Shown piece after piece: positions 43,771-54,700 of a stretch of DNA of 55,706 nucleotides. Origin of the DNA: Betaproteobacteria bacterium (GTDB lineage: Bacteria > Pseudomonadota > Gammaproteobacteria > Burkholderiales > UBA3065). Both the position numbers and the translations under genes were made by a program. The stretch is from the NCBI GenBank assembly GCA_009927815.1, contig RFMI01000032.1, positions 1-55,706 on the forward strand. Direction: 5' to 3'. The notes beneath the pieces were generated by a model. That model was not told where the DNA came from. It ran no database searches and saw only the letters and a program-made list of their open reading frames with translations. Position 1 is the stretch's first letter, and the number at the start of each line of letters is the position of its first letter.

Positions 43771-45087
43771 TCAGCGGGCCGGGGCAGGCTCGATCTGCAA
43801 GGGTACTGCCTCCTTGCCTACAGTCACCGGCGACTTCGCCGCCGACCAGTCACCGGGCTGGCGGATCGCGTTGCCGTTCATCGAGATGCGCGCTTCGACG
43901 GACACTTGCCGGAACTTCGACAGCTGCAATTGCGGACTCATGGCCTGCGTGTCGTCGAGTTGGAAAGGCAGCATGCGGCCGGCCACCAGATCAGCAACCG
44001 GGAGTCGCAGCACCGCCAAGGGCATCGGTGGGCCGTCCACCGCCTTGGCGAGAATGAAGAGCACGGCGGCGTCCGGGAGCGGCTGCTTTTTGAGCTGCTG
44101 GAGCGCTGCTGGACTGAGCGCCACTTGGCCGCGCACCACGGCGCTCGGGTCGGCGGGGCTGGCAGCTTGGGGTCTTGCGCCGGTGGTTGGTCCGGAGGCG
44201 GCAGGTTCGGGAGCGCCGGCGGGCGGTTGTTCGCCGAGTTGCGCGAGGATGTTGCCGATCTGTTGGTAGTCGGGCGACGCCGGCAGGAACTGGCTTTGCA
44301 GGGCTCGCCAGAGCTTGACAGCGTTGTCACGCTCGCCGGCCTGCATCGCTGCCGTTGCGGCAAGCGCCAGAGACTTTTGATGCTTCGGGTCGGACTTGAG
44401 TGCTTCCGCGACCAGTTCCATCGGCCGACCTGCCAGCTTTTCGCCTTGCATCATGGCCGTCGCGTCAGCCAAGTCGGCCAGCAGATCAGGGTGCCCGGGC
44501 GCCAGCCGCAGGGCTTGCTCCAACGCTTTTACGGCTTCGGGGTAGTTGCGTTGCAGGCCTCGCGACCGGGCCAAGATCACCCAACCCTCGAGGTTGTCCG
44601 GCTGCTCTTTAAGTTTGGCCTCGAGCGCTGCGATGCGCTCTTCGATCGAACCTTGCCCGCCGGGGTGGTTCTCGCCTGCTTTCGGCGGAGCTTCCCGAAT
44701 CAATACAGACGGCGTGCTGAAACCCCTAAACGCCAGCTTCATGGCCGGTTCATTGGGGTTGCCGATAAAGGCGTAAACGCTACCCGCGATGAGTACAACC
44801 GCCACCGGTATCCACGCAGAGTGGACCGTAATCCGGGTTGGTGCGGTCGACGGTGGGTCGCTGCGCTGGGCGGCGGCTTGGGATTGCCACTCCTCGATCA
44901 AGGTGGCACGCAGCGCCGGGTCGAGACTGGCGTCTTCGTCGATCTCTCGACGTCGCGCCACCATCACGGCCCACTCGGCAGAGTCATCGTTGGCGGGCAC
45001 ACGGCGTCCAGCGCGCGTCAGCGTCCACCACAGCACACAGGCGACAGCGGAAGCGATGAGGACGGTCAGGAGAATAAAGAGGAGCAT
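43771..45087 (-). CDS. ccmI: Cytochrome c maturation TPR protein CcmI/CycH
   Basis: Two N-terminal TM helices, PDNLEGWVILARS TPR, C-terminal GPPMPLAV..FQLDDTQAMSP..ARIS..G domain. Confidence 0.88.
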   Translation of the reverse strand: MLLFILLTVLIASAVACVLWWTLTRAGRRVPANDDSAEWAVMVARRREIDEDASLDPALRATLIEEWQSQAAAQRSDPPSTAPTRITVHSAWIPVAVVLIAGSVYAFIGNPNEPAMKLAFRGFSTPSVLIREAPPKAGENHPGGQGSIEERIAALEAKLKEQPDNLEGWVILARSRGLQRNYPEAVKALEQALRLAPGHPDLLADLADATAMMQGEKLAGRPMELVAEALKSDPKHQKSLALAATAAMQAGERDNAVKLWRALQSQFLPASPDYQQIGNILAQLGEQPPAGAPEPAASGPTTGARPQAASPADPSAVVRGQVALSPAALQQLKKQPLPDAAVLFILAKAVDGPPMPLAVLRLPVADLVAGRMLPFQLDDTQAMSPQLQLSKFRQVSVEARISMNGNAIRQPGDWSAAKSPVTVGKEAVPLQIEPAPAR

Positions 45088-45181
45088 GGGGTCAGGCGAA
45101 GATAGTGAGCCCGAACTCTAGGCATTTGCCCGACGACTGTCCACGCTGCGGTCGCGAAATTTTTTGGAACTTTTTTACGGG

Positions 45182-45204
45182 TGTAACAGAATCTTTCTGT
45201 CACA
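45182..45204. promoter_or_regulatory. Imperfect palindrome (putative operator) between divergent ccm and multiheme operons
   Basis: TGTAACAGAA-TCT-TTCTGTCACA, 9/10 arm match, in an AT-rich intergenic stretch. Confidence 0.5.
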
Positions 45205-45301
45205 TCGGGTAGATTTGAATTGGTTGTAGTGCACGAGGCGCGCGAGCTTTGTCGGCGCGGTGTCCAGAAAATCCGGCATTTTGAACATCCAGGGTAAGGC
45301 C

Positions 45302-46165
45302 ATGTTGCAAGAAAGCGTTTTGAGTCTTGGGGGGTTTCGTTACCTCAAGCTCGCGGCTTTGGTCGCGTTGGCCAGCCTGATCGCCTACATCGGGGACGAC
45401 CCGCGGACGGTGGCCTATGGGGGTACCGTTCTCGGGTACGCGCTCGGCATCATTGGTGCGCTGCTCATCGTTTGGCTGATCCTCTTCGGCGCTCGCAAGC
45501 GATCCTACCGTTCGAGTCTTGGAACCGTTCAGGGCTGGCTGTCTGCCCACATCTGGTTGGGTTTGTCGCTGCTTGTGGTGGCCACCTTGCATACCGGTTT
45601 CCAGTTCGGTATCAACCTTCACACCTTGGCCTACGCCGTGATGGTGGTGGTGATTGTTAGCGGCATCTGGGGTGTGACGGTGTACATGCGCAACCCCTCG
45701 CTGATGAGCGGTTTGGTCGGCGGGAAATCGCTGCAGCAGCACGGCGTGATGCTCGCCGAACTCGACGCCGAATCGCGGAATCTGTGTAAGGACATGGGCG
45801 ACGACATCAAGCGGCTGGTCGAGGCATCGGCGCACACGCCCATCGTTAATGGACTATTTGGCCGCTTTGGCGGGCCTGGCCGTTGTTCGACCGGCGTTGC
45901 GGTGGAGGCACTCAAGGCGATCGGTCTCCGCGGTGACAAAGCGGTGCGTGATTTGTACGCGGTGCAGGTGAAGCGCCAGGCGCAACTGCAACGCATGCGC
46001 GACTTCCTGCGGGTCAAGGCATGGACCGACGTATGGCTGATGTTTCACGTGCCGTTGTCGGTTGGCCTGATTGCTTTGCTGGCGGCGCACATCGTCGCCG
46101 TCCTCTTCTATTACAACGGCAACGTGCTGTTTGACGGCAGCACATTCTCCTGGAGCAGGGGCTGA
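45302..46165 (+). CDS. His-rich polytopic membrane protein, putative cytochrome b
   Basis: About 5-6 hydrophobic helices; WLSAHIWLG, LHTGF, LHTL, WLMFHVPLS, AAHI His motifs in or next to TMs. Confidence 0.7.
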   Translation: MLQESVLSLGGFRYLKLAALVALASLIAYIGDDPRTVAYGGTVLGYALGIIGALLIVWLILFGARKRSYRSSLGTVQGWLSAHIWLGLSLLVVATLHTGFQFGINLHTLAYAVMVVVIVSGIWGVTVYMRNPSLMSGLVGGKSLQQHGVMLAELDAESRNLCKDMGDDIKRLVEASAHTPIVNGLFGRFGGPGRCSTGVAVEALKAIGLRGDKAVRDLYAVQVKRQAQLQRMRDFLRVKAWTDVWLMFHVPLSVGLIALLAAHIVAVLFYYNGNVLFDGSTFSWSRG

Positions 46166-46167
46166 GC

Positions 46168-47760
46168 ATGAGCGGTCACACGCCTGAAGATCCGATTACG
46201 CTAGAGGTCCGCCGGCTGCAGCGTCCTATGGCGGGCCGCAGGCTGCTGTCGTGGCTGTTGTTTTTGGCGGGCGGTCTGGTCTTTCTCGTTGCGCCGCTTT
46301 TGGCTTCCTTGCACGGCGGTGATGCGGCGGCTCTGCGTGATCTGCCGGTGCTGGGGGCGATGTTCGCCGACGCGGCTGTCCAGGACGAGGCTCGCACCCT
46401 CGGCCGCCGCCCTGATCCGCACGCCACGCCCGACTTTGCCAAGGGCGATGCGGCCGGCAGTTATCAGCTTGCCGACCTGAGCAACTATCAAGCGGCGGCG
46501 CCCACGCTGATGGCGCTGGACCGCTGGTGGAATCCCGGCCCGCTGGCGTCTGCCCACCAGCCCTGGGCCAATGACTGTCGCGTTTGCCACAGTGCCGGCT
46601 TTGCTCAAGTCAAAGACGCCGATTGCCTGAGTTGCCACAAGGCGGTCAGTGATCACGTCGACCGTAAAGTGGTGCACGACGCCCGCTTGGATGTGCGGTG
46701 CGCCACCTGTCACCTTGACCACCAGGGCGCTTTTGCCTTGGCGGAGCAAAACAAGCACGCCGCCGGTCGCGATTGCGCCGACTGTCATGGCGATATCAAA
46801 AAGAGTTTTGCCAAGACCGAGACCCAGAACGTTCGCGATTTCGCCGACGAGCATCCCAACTTCCGGGTGCAGATCGCTCAGTCAGGCGAGCCAGGTGCTG
46901 GCGTTCGCGAGCTGCGGCGCGTGCGTTTGCCTGCCAAAGGGCAGCTCACAGAGCCGTCCAATCTGAAATTTCCGCATGATGTGCACGTCGCCAAGAAGGG
47001 CATCAGCAGCCCCGAGGGCAAGGTGGTGATGAAGTGCGCCAATTGCCACGAGCCCGACGCTAACGGCGTGGACTACAAGCCGGTCAATATGAAAGACCAT
47101 TGCCAAAGCTGCCACGCACTCAAGATGGAACCCAATCTGTCCAACCGTGAAGTACCGCACGGATCGGTGACCGAGGTGCTGAGCACTTTGGCCGAGTTCT
47201 ACAGCTTCGTCGGTAGCAGCGGTAGCGTGCCACGTGGCCCTGAGCCGCTGACCAAGACGATCGCCATCCAGCGCCCTGGCGAGCCGGATCGCGCGCCACA
47301 AAGCTTTGTACGGACTGGCGGCAGCGCTCAAGGTCGGGCCAGCGCCGCTGCGGTGGAGCTGTTCGAGAAGACCAGCTGCGTGATTTGCCACGAGGTCAGT
47401 CGCGTGGCTGGCCCGGGCAAGGCGGGCACGCCGGGCCGCGATTTGCCGCAGTGGAAGATCGCGGCGATCGCTCCCACCCACGTGTGGATGCCGAAATCGC
47501 CGTTTAGCCACGCCGCGCACACCAGTGCCAAGTGCGAGAGCTGTCACGCCGCGACTGAGTCCAAGAAGTCGAGCGATGTGCTGATGCCGGCTATCGACGG
47601 CTGCCGCGACTGCCATGCAGGCGCCAAGCCGGTGGCCGACAAGATCGTCTCCAATTGCAGCCTGTGCCACGGCTTCCATATTCCGGTAGCTAAACCCGAG
47701 GCTTCGCCAGCGAAGCCCTTGCAGAAGGTTGCTGCGGCAGCCGCCGGGGCGCGCCCGTGA
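46168..47760 (+). CDS. Membrane-anchored decaheme cytochrome c (cytochrome c3/c7-like motifs)
   Basis: 10 CxxCH: CRVCH, CLSCH, CATCH, CADCH, CANCH, CQSCH, CVICH, CESCH, CRDCH, CSLCH; N-terminal TM; FPHDVH and FSHAAH. Confidence 0.9.
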   Translation: MSGHTPEDPITLEVRRLQRPMAGRRLLSWLLFLAGGLVFLVAPLLASLHGGDAAALRDLPVLGAMFADAAVQDEARTLGRRPDPHATPDFAKGDAAGSYQLADLSNYQAAAPTLMALDRWWNPGPLASAHQPWANDCRVCHSAGFAQVKDADCLSCHKAVSDHVDRKVVHDARLDVRCATCHLDHQGAFALAEQNKHAAGRDCADCHGDIKKSFAKTETQNVRDFADEHPNFRVQIAQSGEPGAGVRELRRVRLPAKGQLTEPSNLKFPHDVHVAKKGISSPEGKVVMKCANCHEPDANGVDYKPVNMKDHCQSCHALKMEPNLSNREVPHGSVTEVLSTLAEFYSFVGSSGSVPRGPEPLTKTIAIQRPGEPDRAPQSFVRTGGSAQGRASAAAVELFEKTSCVICHEVSRVAGPGKAGTPGRDLPQWKIAAIAPTHVWMPKSPFSHAAHTSAKCESCHAATESKKSSDVLMPAIDGCRDCHAGAKPVADKIVSNCSLCHGFHIPVAKPEASPAKPLQKVAAAAAGARP

Positions 47761-49613
47761 TGAGTCGCGGTCTCAAGGGTGGTCTGGCGCTGATGCTGGC
47801 CTTGGCGGCGTCGCCGGCGTGGTCGGCGGCATGCCACTCGGTGAGTGCTGAGCCACAGGCGCTTTCGCAGACGGAGGTGGACGGCTTGGTCAAGACCACC
47901 GCAACGGTGGCGCGGCAGCTCAACCAAACCAAGGCCACCATTGCGGTCGTCGATCGCGTCGGCAATGTGCTGGCGGTCTGGCGCACTGGCGATGCGTTTG
48001 ATGTACGCATCCGCAGCGGCTTGGTCGCTAGTACGGCGTTTGGCGGATTCGGCTTGGAGAATGCGGTGTTGCCAAGTGCAGTGGGTGGCGATGCTCTGGC
48101 CGCCATTGCCAAGGCCGTCACGGGGGCCTATCTGTCGTCATCTGGCAATGCGTTCAGCACGCGTACGGCGAGCTTTATCGTGCAGAAGAACTTCATCCCG
48201 ACGATTCGCAACTTTCCTTCAGGGCCGCTGTTTGGCGTGCAGTTCAGCCAGCTGCCATGCGGCGATCTGGTGCAGAAGGGCGATTCTCTCGGCATCGGGC
48301 CGCGCCGTTCGCCGTTGGGCCTGTCGGCCGATCCGGGCGGATTCCCGCTGTACAAGAACGGTCGCGTGGTCGGTGGCATCGGCGTGGTGGTTGACGGCAG
48401 CGATTACGCACTCGACTTGAACCCGATTAACACTGATTACGACGTCGAGGAGGTGATTGCACAGGCTGGATCGAAGGCCTACGCCGCCCCAACCTGCATT
48501 CGCGCCGATCACATCACCGCCGGTGGCTTCAACCTGCGTTACTCGGACGCCGATAAGCGCCTGCCCAAGGCCCCAGCGATACAGTCCTTCGCAGGTGCGT
48601 ACATTGCCGTCACCGGTTATTTACCCACCGCGGCAGCGCGCGCGGGTCAGGCCTACGGCACGGCTTCGTCCGGCTATCAGTTGCAGGCTTCAGGGGACTT
48701 CGCGTCGCGCAGTGGCATGCTTTTGGTGGACAGCGGCGGGGCCAATCGGTATGCGCCGCGGGCCTCATTGGCACCGGCGAACGCCAGCGGTGGCTTGTCC
48801 GCGGGCGAAGTCACGACCCTCCTACAGCAGGCGCTAGGCGTTGCCAACCAGGCCCGCGCCCAGATTCGTCGCGCGCTCAACTCGCCGGCCGAGGTCACCA
48901 TCTCGGTGATCGACCGCGACGGTAACGTGCTTGGCCTGGTGCGCACGCCAGACGCCCCGGTGTTCGGCACCGACGTGTCCTTGCAGAAAGCGCGCACGGT
49001 GGCGTTTTTCTCTCGCACTGACGCCGCGACCCGCTTGCAAGCGCTTGGACAGTCCGCCTACGCCAGCAACGCCGTGGCCTTCTTTGGCAGCGGTGCATTG
49101 AGTGATGGCGTCGCCTTCTCCGACCGGGCCATCGGCAATATCGCTCGGCCGAATTTCCCTGACGGCATTGCCGGGCGTCCTCCGGGGCCTTTGTCCAAGC
49201 CTGAAGGCACGTGGAGCCCGTTCAATGACGGCCTGCAACTTGATCTGGTGGCGGGCAAGGTGCTCGATGCGCTCGTTGCAACTGGAATCAACAGCTGCAC
49301 AACGACAGCCGCCGGTATCGATAACGGCATCCAGATTTTCCCGGGAGCGGTGCCGATCTACCGCGGTTCGACTTTGATTGGCGCTATCGGTATTTCGGGT
49401 GACGGTGTCGACCAAGATGACATGATCGCGTCGCTCGGTCTGCAGCGTGCCTTCCTGGCACTCGGTGGCCGCTTTGGCACCGACCCCGGTCATGCCCCGC
49501 CGGCTATTCGCTCAGATCGGTTGGCGGTGCCAGGCCCGGGTACGTTGCGCTACGTGCAGTGCCCACAATCGCCCTTTATCAGCAGCCAGGCCCAAAATGT
49601 CTGCAACTTCTAG
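47757..49613 (+). CDS. Secreted protein with two GlcG/HbpS-like heme-binding domains
   Basis: Signal peptide; ATIAVVDRVGNVL..AIAKAVT..GGFPLYKNGRVVGGIGV and VTISVIDRDGNVL..QKART..GAVPIYRGSTLIGAIGISGDGVDQDD. Confidence 0.8.
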   Translation: MMSRGLKGGLALMLALAASPAWSAACHSVSAEPQALSQTEVDGLVKTTATVARQLNQTKATIAVVDRVGNVLAVWRTGDAFDVRIRSGLVASTAFGGFGLENAVLPSAVGGDALAAIAKAVTGAYLSSSGNAFSTRTASFIVQKNFIPTIRNFPSGPLFGVQFSQLPCGDLVQKGDSLGIGPRRSPLGLSADPGGFPLYKNGRVVGGIGVVVDGSDYALDLNPINTDYDVEEVIAQAGSKAYAAPTCIRADHITAGGFNLRYSDADKRLPKAPAIQSFAGAYIAVTGYLPTAAARAGQAYGTASSGYQLQASGDFASRSGMLLVDSGGANRYAPRASLAPANASGGLSAGEVTTLLQQALGVANQARAQIRRALNSPAEVTISVIDRDGNVLGLVRTPDAPVFGTDVSLQKARTVAFFSRTDAATRLQALGQSAYASNAVAFFGSGALSDGVAFSDRAIGNIARPNFPDGIAGRPPGPLSKPEGTWSPFNDGLQLDLVAGKVLDALVATGINSCTTTAAGIDNGIQIFPGAVPIYRGSTLIGAIGISGDGVDQDDMIASLGLQRAFLALGGRFGTDPGHAPPAIRSDRLAVPGPGTLRYVQCPQSPFISSQAQNVCNF

Positions 49614-51723
49614 GACCTTCGCCGGGGTGCGCCCGCGTTCAGCAGCGAGCGCCGTCGCGGCGTTGATGGGTCTCGCGGTCCAACCGCTGTGGGCGGACGA
49701 GGTCGCGCCAGCGCTTGGCCCCAACGACCACAACCCGGCCTATATTGCGCGCAAGACGGTCGAGCAGATCCAGGTGGTGGCTCCCATCCTGCGCCTCCGG
49801 CTCGAGCCAGATCTGGGTTCTTTGGTGGTTGGCGAGGCCGATCGGGGTCAGCTGTTCACGGTGCTCGAGCAGCGTGCTGACTGGTTCCGCGTGCGTATCA
49901 AGTCAGATCCCGAGACCTCGGCTTGGGCTTTGCGTGAGCCGGCTGAGTACGGCGACTCCACCTTCGACCTCATCTACGCCGCTGGCGACACCGGCTTTGC
50001 CGCCGAGGCGATTGGCGCCACTGAGCCGGGAACCCCGGCCATCGACGCGGCGCGACCCGCTGTTCCGCGTCGCGTGGTTACGCTGCCGCCGATCGACCCC
50101 GAGCAACTGCCGCCCCCGCAGGCCAATTTGCCGCGAGAGTCGGTGCCCATCCCCGACCGCTGGCGGCTGATGCAGGCACTTGGTTTCAAGTTCCCGTGGT
50201 ACGACCCGTACAACCAGAATGTGCTGAAGGGCGATATTCCGGTGCACGAGATCGGCGAGGAGTGGTTCTTCACCTTCACTGGCATCTCGGACTCGCTGGC
50301 GGAATTCCGTTCGACGCCGTTGCCCGTGTCGCAACAGATCGGCTTTCGCCCGGACGCCAACAACATCTACGGCCGCTATGACCAGCGGATCCTCGCGCAG
50401 AACCTGATCTTGAGTTTTGGGCTGGTCAAAGGCAACACAACCTACAAGCCGCCCGAACTGGAATTCCGGTTCGTCCCGGTGATCAACTACGTCAACGCAC
50501 GCCTGCCCGAGTCGGGTTTGTTGCGGGTTAATCCGCAAGAAGGCCTGTCGCGCGAGACCAGCTTCGTCGGCATTCAGGAAGCGTTTGTCGACTACCACTT
50601 GCGCAACGTGTCGGATCGCTACGACTTCGATTCGCTGCGCGTGGGCATTCAGCCCTTCACCAGCGACTTCCGCGGATTCCTGTTTCAGGACACGCAGTTT
50701 GGCGTGCGCCTGTTCGGCAACCGCCACAACAACGTCTACCAGTACAACCTGGCGTGGTTCCGACGCGTCGAGAAGGACACCAATTCGGGGCTTAACGACA
50801 TCACCCGACGTCTGCGGGACGATGACATTTTTGCTGCCAACGTCTACCGCCAAGACTTTCCGTTCACGGGCATGACGTCGCAGGGCACGGTTATCCACAA
50901 CCGCAACAATGAGGATTCGTTCCGCTACGACACGAACGGCTTCTTGGTGCGGCCGTCGCTGCTGGGCGACGCAAGGCCGCGCAAGTACCAGGTGACCTAC
51001 CTCGGGGCGACTTTTGACGGCCACACCGGCTTCGTGTTGCCCAAGCTGCGTCTTAACGTCAGCAGTTCGACCTATTTGGCGCTGGGCCATGACGACCACG
51101 GCGCGATCGCCGAGAAGCCGCAGGACATCCGCGCCTTCTTCCATGCCACCGAGGTGTCACGAGACTTCAGCTGGATCCGCCTTCGGGGCAGTTTCCTCTA
51201 CGCCAGCGGCGACAAGAACCCGTACGACGGTCGTGCGACTGGGTTCGATGCCATCTTCGAGAACCCCCAATTTGCCGGTGCCGACACCAGCTATTTCATT
51301 CGCCAAGGCATTCCGCTGATTGGCGGGGGCGGGGTTGCCCTGTCGGGCCGCAACGGCTTGCTGGTGTCCCTGCGCTCGAGCAAAGACCAAGGACAGTCAA
51401 ACTTCGTCAACCCAGGGCTACTTTTGCTGGGCATGGGCGCCGACTTTGACGTCAAACCGGAGCTGCGCCTGACTGCCAACGTTAACCACTTGCGCTTCGA
51501 CGAGACCGCCGTGTTGGGCGCCCTGCGCAATGAGCGCAACCCTGACAACTCGATTGGCATGGACTATTCGGTTGGCGCTCAGTGGCGGCCGTTCTATAAC
51601 CAGAACGTGATCATCAATGCCTCAATGTCGATGCTCTCGCCAGGCCAGGGCTTGAAAGACCTCTATGGCGACCGCAAGACACCGTTCTACTCTGGCTTCA
51701 TCAACGCCATCCTGACGTACTGA
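49597..51723 (+). CDS. Putative outer-membrane beta-barrel with N-terminal SH3b-like domain
   Basis: Signal peptide (ATG 49597); LRLRLEPD..GQLFTVLEQRADWFRV SH3b-like; Pro-rich linker; alternating beta-strand pattern; C-terminal FINAILTY. Confidence 0.7.
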   Translation: MSATSRTFAGVRPRSAASAVAALMGLAVQPLWADEVAPALGPNDHNPAYIARKTVEQIQVVAPILRLRLEPDLGSLVVGEADRGQLFTVLEQRADWFRVRIKSDPETSAWALREPAEYGDSTFDLIYAAGDTGFAAEAIGATEPGTPAIDAARPAVPRRVVTLPPIDPEQLPPPQANLPRESVPIPDRWRLMQALGFKFPWYDPYNQNVLKGDIPVHEIGEEWFFTFTGISDSLAEFRSTPLPVSQQIGFRPDANNIYGRYDQRILAQNLILSFGLVKGNTTYKPPELEFRFVPVINYVNARLPESGLLRVNPQEGLSRETSFVGIQEAFVDYHLRNVSDRYDFDSLRVGIQPFTSDFRGFLFQDTQFGVRLFGNRHNNVYQYNLAWFRRVEKDTNSGLNDITRRLRDDDIFAANVYRQDFPFTGMTSQGTVIHNRNNEDSFRYDTNGFLVRPSLLGDARPRKYQVTYLGATFDGHTGFVLPKLRLNVSSSTYLALGHDDHGAIAEKPQDIRAFFHATEVSRDFSWIRLRGSFLYASGDKNPYDGRATGFDAIFENPQFAGADTSYFIRQGIPLIGGGGVALSGRNGLLVSLRSSKDQGQSNFVNPGLLLLGMGADFDVKPELRLTANVNHLRFDETAVLGALRNERNPDNSIGMDYSVGAQWRPFYNQNVIINASMSMLSPGQGLKDLYGDRKTPFYSGFINAILTY

Positions 51724-51745
51724 CCTGATTCGGCGACCCCTAAAC

Positions 51746-54700
51746 GTGTTCAAGCTGCCCCTTCGATCCCTGCCGACCAACGCCCTGATGCGCGGAGCCC
51801 TGTTGCGCGGCGCGTCCGTGCTGGCCTTGCTAGTGCCGGCGTTGCTGGGCGCAGCTTTGATGTACGAGCCGGCGAGTGCCTCCGAACGCAAGCTCACCGA
51901 GCGTCACTACGTGATGGCCCCCTCCGCGCCCAAGGCGCAGACCTGGGCGCAGGCCAAATCGAAGTCTGATGGCTGCATGACCTGCCACACCGAGACCGAC
52001 CAGCACACCATGCACGCCAACCCTGGCGTGGTGCTGGGCTGTACCGACTGTCACGGTGGCGACAACAGCATCCGCCGTGCTGAGAAGGGTCCCGAAGCCG
52101 AGCGCAAGCACCCGGCCTACGAGCGGGCGATGGAACTGGCGCACATCCTGCCGCGCGACGAGCATCTGTGGCAGGGTTCGCGCAACCCGGAGGGCAGCTA
52201 CGCTCGTCTCAACAAGGAGCACGCGGCTTTCGTTCGCTTCATCAACCCGGGCGATTTGCGCGTGGCGCGCGAAGCCTGCGGCGCCTGCCATCTGCCGATC
52301 ATCCAGGCGCAAGAACGCAGCTTGATGAGCACGTCCAGCATGCTCTGGGGCGGCGCTGCCTATAACAACGGCATCCTGCCGTTCAAGCGCTACATGCTCG
52401 GCGAGGCCTACACGCAAGACGGCACCGCAGCGGCCATCGTCAACCCGGTCAAGCCTGACGAAGATCTTTACGTCTTCAAGGGCGTGCTCGAGAAGCTCTA
52501 CCCGCTGCCGGCCTGGGAGACCATCCCGCCGGGCGATATCTTCCGTGTGTTCGAGCGTGGCGGTCGCGTCATCAACAGCAGCTTCCCCGAAATCGGCCTG
52601 CCCAACAGCAGCGGCACGTTGCAAAAGCTCGACGAGCCGGGCCGTCCCGACATCAAGCAGAGCAACCGCGGCCCGGGAACTGGCAACCGCATCTCGGTGC
52701 CGGTCATCAACCTGACCAAAACTCGCCTCAACGACCCGCACCTGTGGTTCCTCGGCACCAACGACAACCCGGGTGACTACCGCTCGTCCGGTTGCACCGC
52801 GTGCCACGTGGTCTACGCCAACGATCGTCAGCCCGAACACAGCGGGCCCTACGCGCAGTTCGGCAACATGGGCCGCACGCAGACCAAAGATCCGACTATC
52901 CCCAGGGATGAGTCCGGACATCCGCTCAAGCACGAGTTCACTCGTGCGATGCCGAGTTCGCTGTGTATGAACTGCCACATGCACCAGCCGAACATTTACA
53001 TCAACTCGTTCTACGGCAACATCCAGTACGACTACGAGCCGGACGCGCCGCGCATGTTCCCGGCCAAGCAGCACTATCCGACCGACGCCGAGATTCGCGA
53101 GGTCAACCAGCGCAATCCGGAAGAAGCGGTGATTCGCGGCAATTGGCGCGACCGTGACTTCCTCAACGACCTTTGGCTCAAAAACGGCGAGATGAAGGAC
53201 ACCCAGTTCGCCGACTACCACGGCCACGGCTGGGCGTTCCGCGCAGTGTTCAAGCGCAACCGGAAGGGCAATCTGCTGGACAAAGTTGGCAACATCGTCA
53301 GCGACGATGATCCGGACAAGTTCAAGAAGGCGGTGCACATGGCCTCGATCCACATGGATCTGGGTATGCACTGCGTCGACTGCCACTTCTCGCAAGACAT
53401 GCACGGCAACGGCCACATCTATGGCGAAGTGGCCGCCGCGGTAGAGATCGATTGCGCCGACTGCCACGGCACCGCCAAGAACTACCCGACCCTGCACACC
53501 AGCGGTCCGGCGTCGCGTCCGGGCGGCATGGACCTGACCCTGCTCAAGACCCAGGATGGTCGCAAGCGCTTCGAGTGGCGCGACGGCAAGCTGTATCAGC
53601 GCGCTGCGCTCGACCCCAACAAAGAGTGGGAAATGTCGCTGGTGAAGGACACGGTCAATCCCAAGCACCCGCAGTACAACGAAAAGGCGGCGCGGGCCAA
53701 GCTCATGGCTGCCGGTGAGGACGGCCGCAACGGCAAGTGGGGTCAGGGTGTCGACAAGCTGGCCCACGACAACGACAAGATGTTGTGCTTCACCTGCCAC
53801 TTGAGCTGGACCACCAGTTGTGCGGGCTGTCACTTGCCGATTCAGGCCAACTGGAAAACCGAACGCAACCACTTTGAGGGCGGCGAGACACGCAACTACG
53901 CCACCTACAACGTGCAAGTCGCGCGCGACGACATGTTCTTCCTTGGCAAGCACGGCCCGGTCAAGAACAGCCGCATCGCACCGTTCCGCTCGAGTTCAGC
54001 GTTGGTGCTGTCCTCCATGAACAGTAACCGCGAGCGCATCTACTACCAGCAGCCGCCGATCGCTGCCAGCGGCTTCTCCAGTCAGGCGTTTGCGCCGCAT
54101 TACCCGCACACCGAGCGCAAGGAAGAGACCAAGACCTGTACCGACTGCCACGTCTCGCGTGACAACGACAACAACGCAATCATGGCGCAGCTGCTGTTGC
54201 AGGGTACTAATTTCGTCAACTTCGTCGGCCGCTATGCTTGGGTTGGCGCCGAGAAGGACGTCGAGTCGGTGGGTGTGACCGAGTGGGATGAGCCGCAGGC
54301 GGTGCTGGGTTCCTACCTGCAGAAGTACGCCTACCCCGACTGGTATGCGGAGCACCAGGCGGCCGGTCGCGAGATCGTTGACACCCCGCGCCACGAAGCG
54401 GCCAATCACTTGGCGACGCCGAGTGGGGATGCGGCGCGCTGTCTGCAGATGCGCGGCGAGTACCTGTTCGTTGCCGAGGGCAAGGGTGGCTTCCGCGTGT
54501 ACGACATCGCCGGCAACGGCAACAAGGGTGTGAGCCAGCGCATCATCACTGCGCCGTATTCGCCGCTGGGGCAAGACACGCATGTGCCGTCGAAGAACGC
54601 CACCTGCGTTGCGCTGCCAACCAACCAGCCGATTGCGCCGACGCGCAACGAGGGCGACCTGATGCGCAAGGTCAACCTGGAGCAGCCGTTCCATCCGATC

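Noticed and set aside
46168-51723. Calling the decaheme and barrel MtrA/PioA and MtrB/PioB
   Set aside because: The heme count matches, but motif spacing, the TM anchor, c3/c7-like motifs and gene order do not look like that family; needs an HMM test
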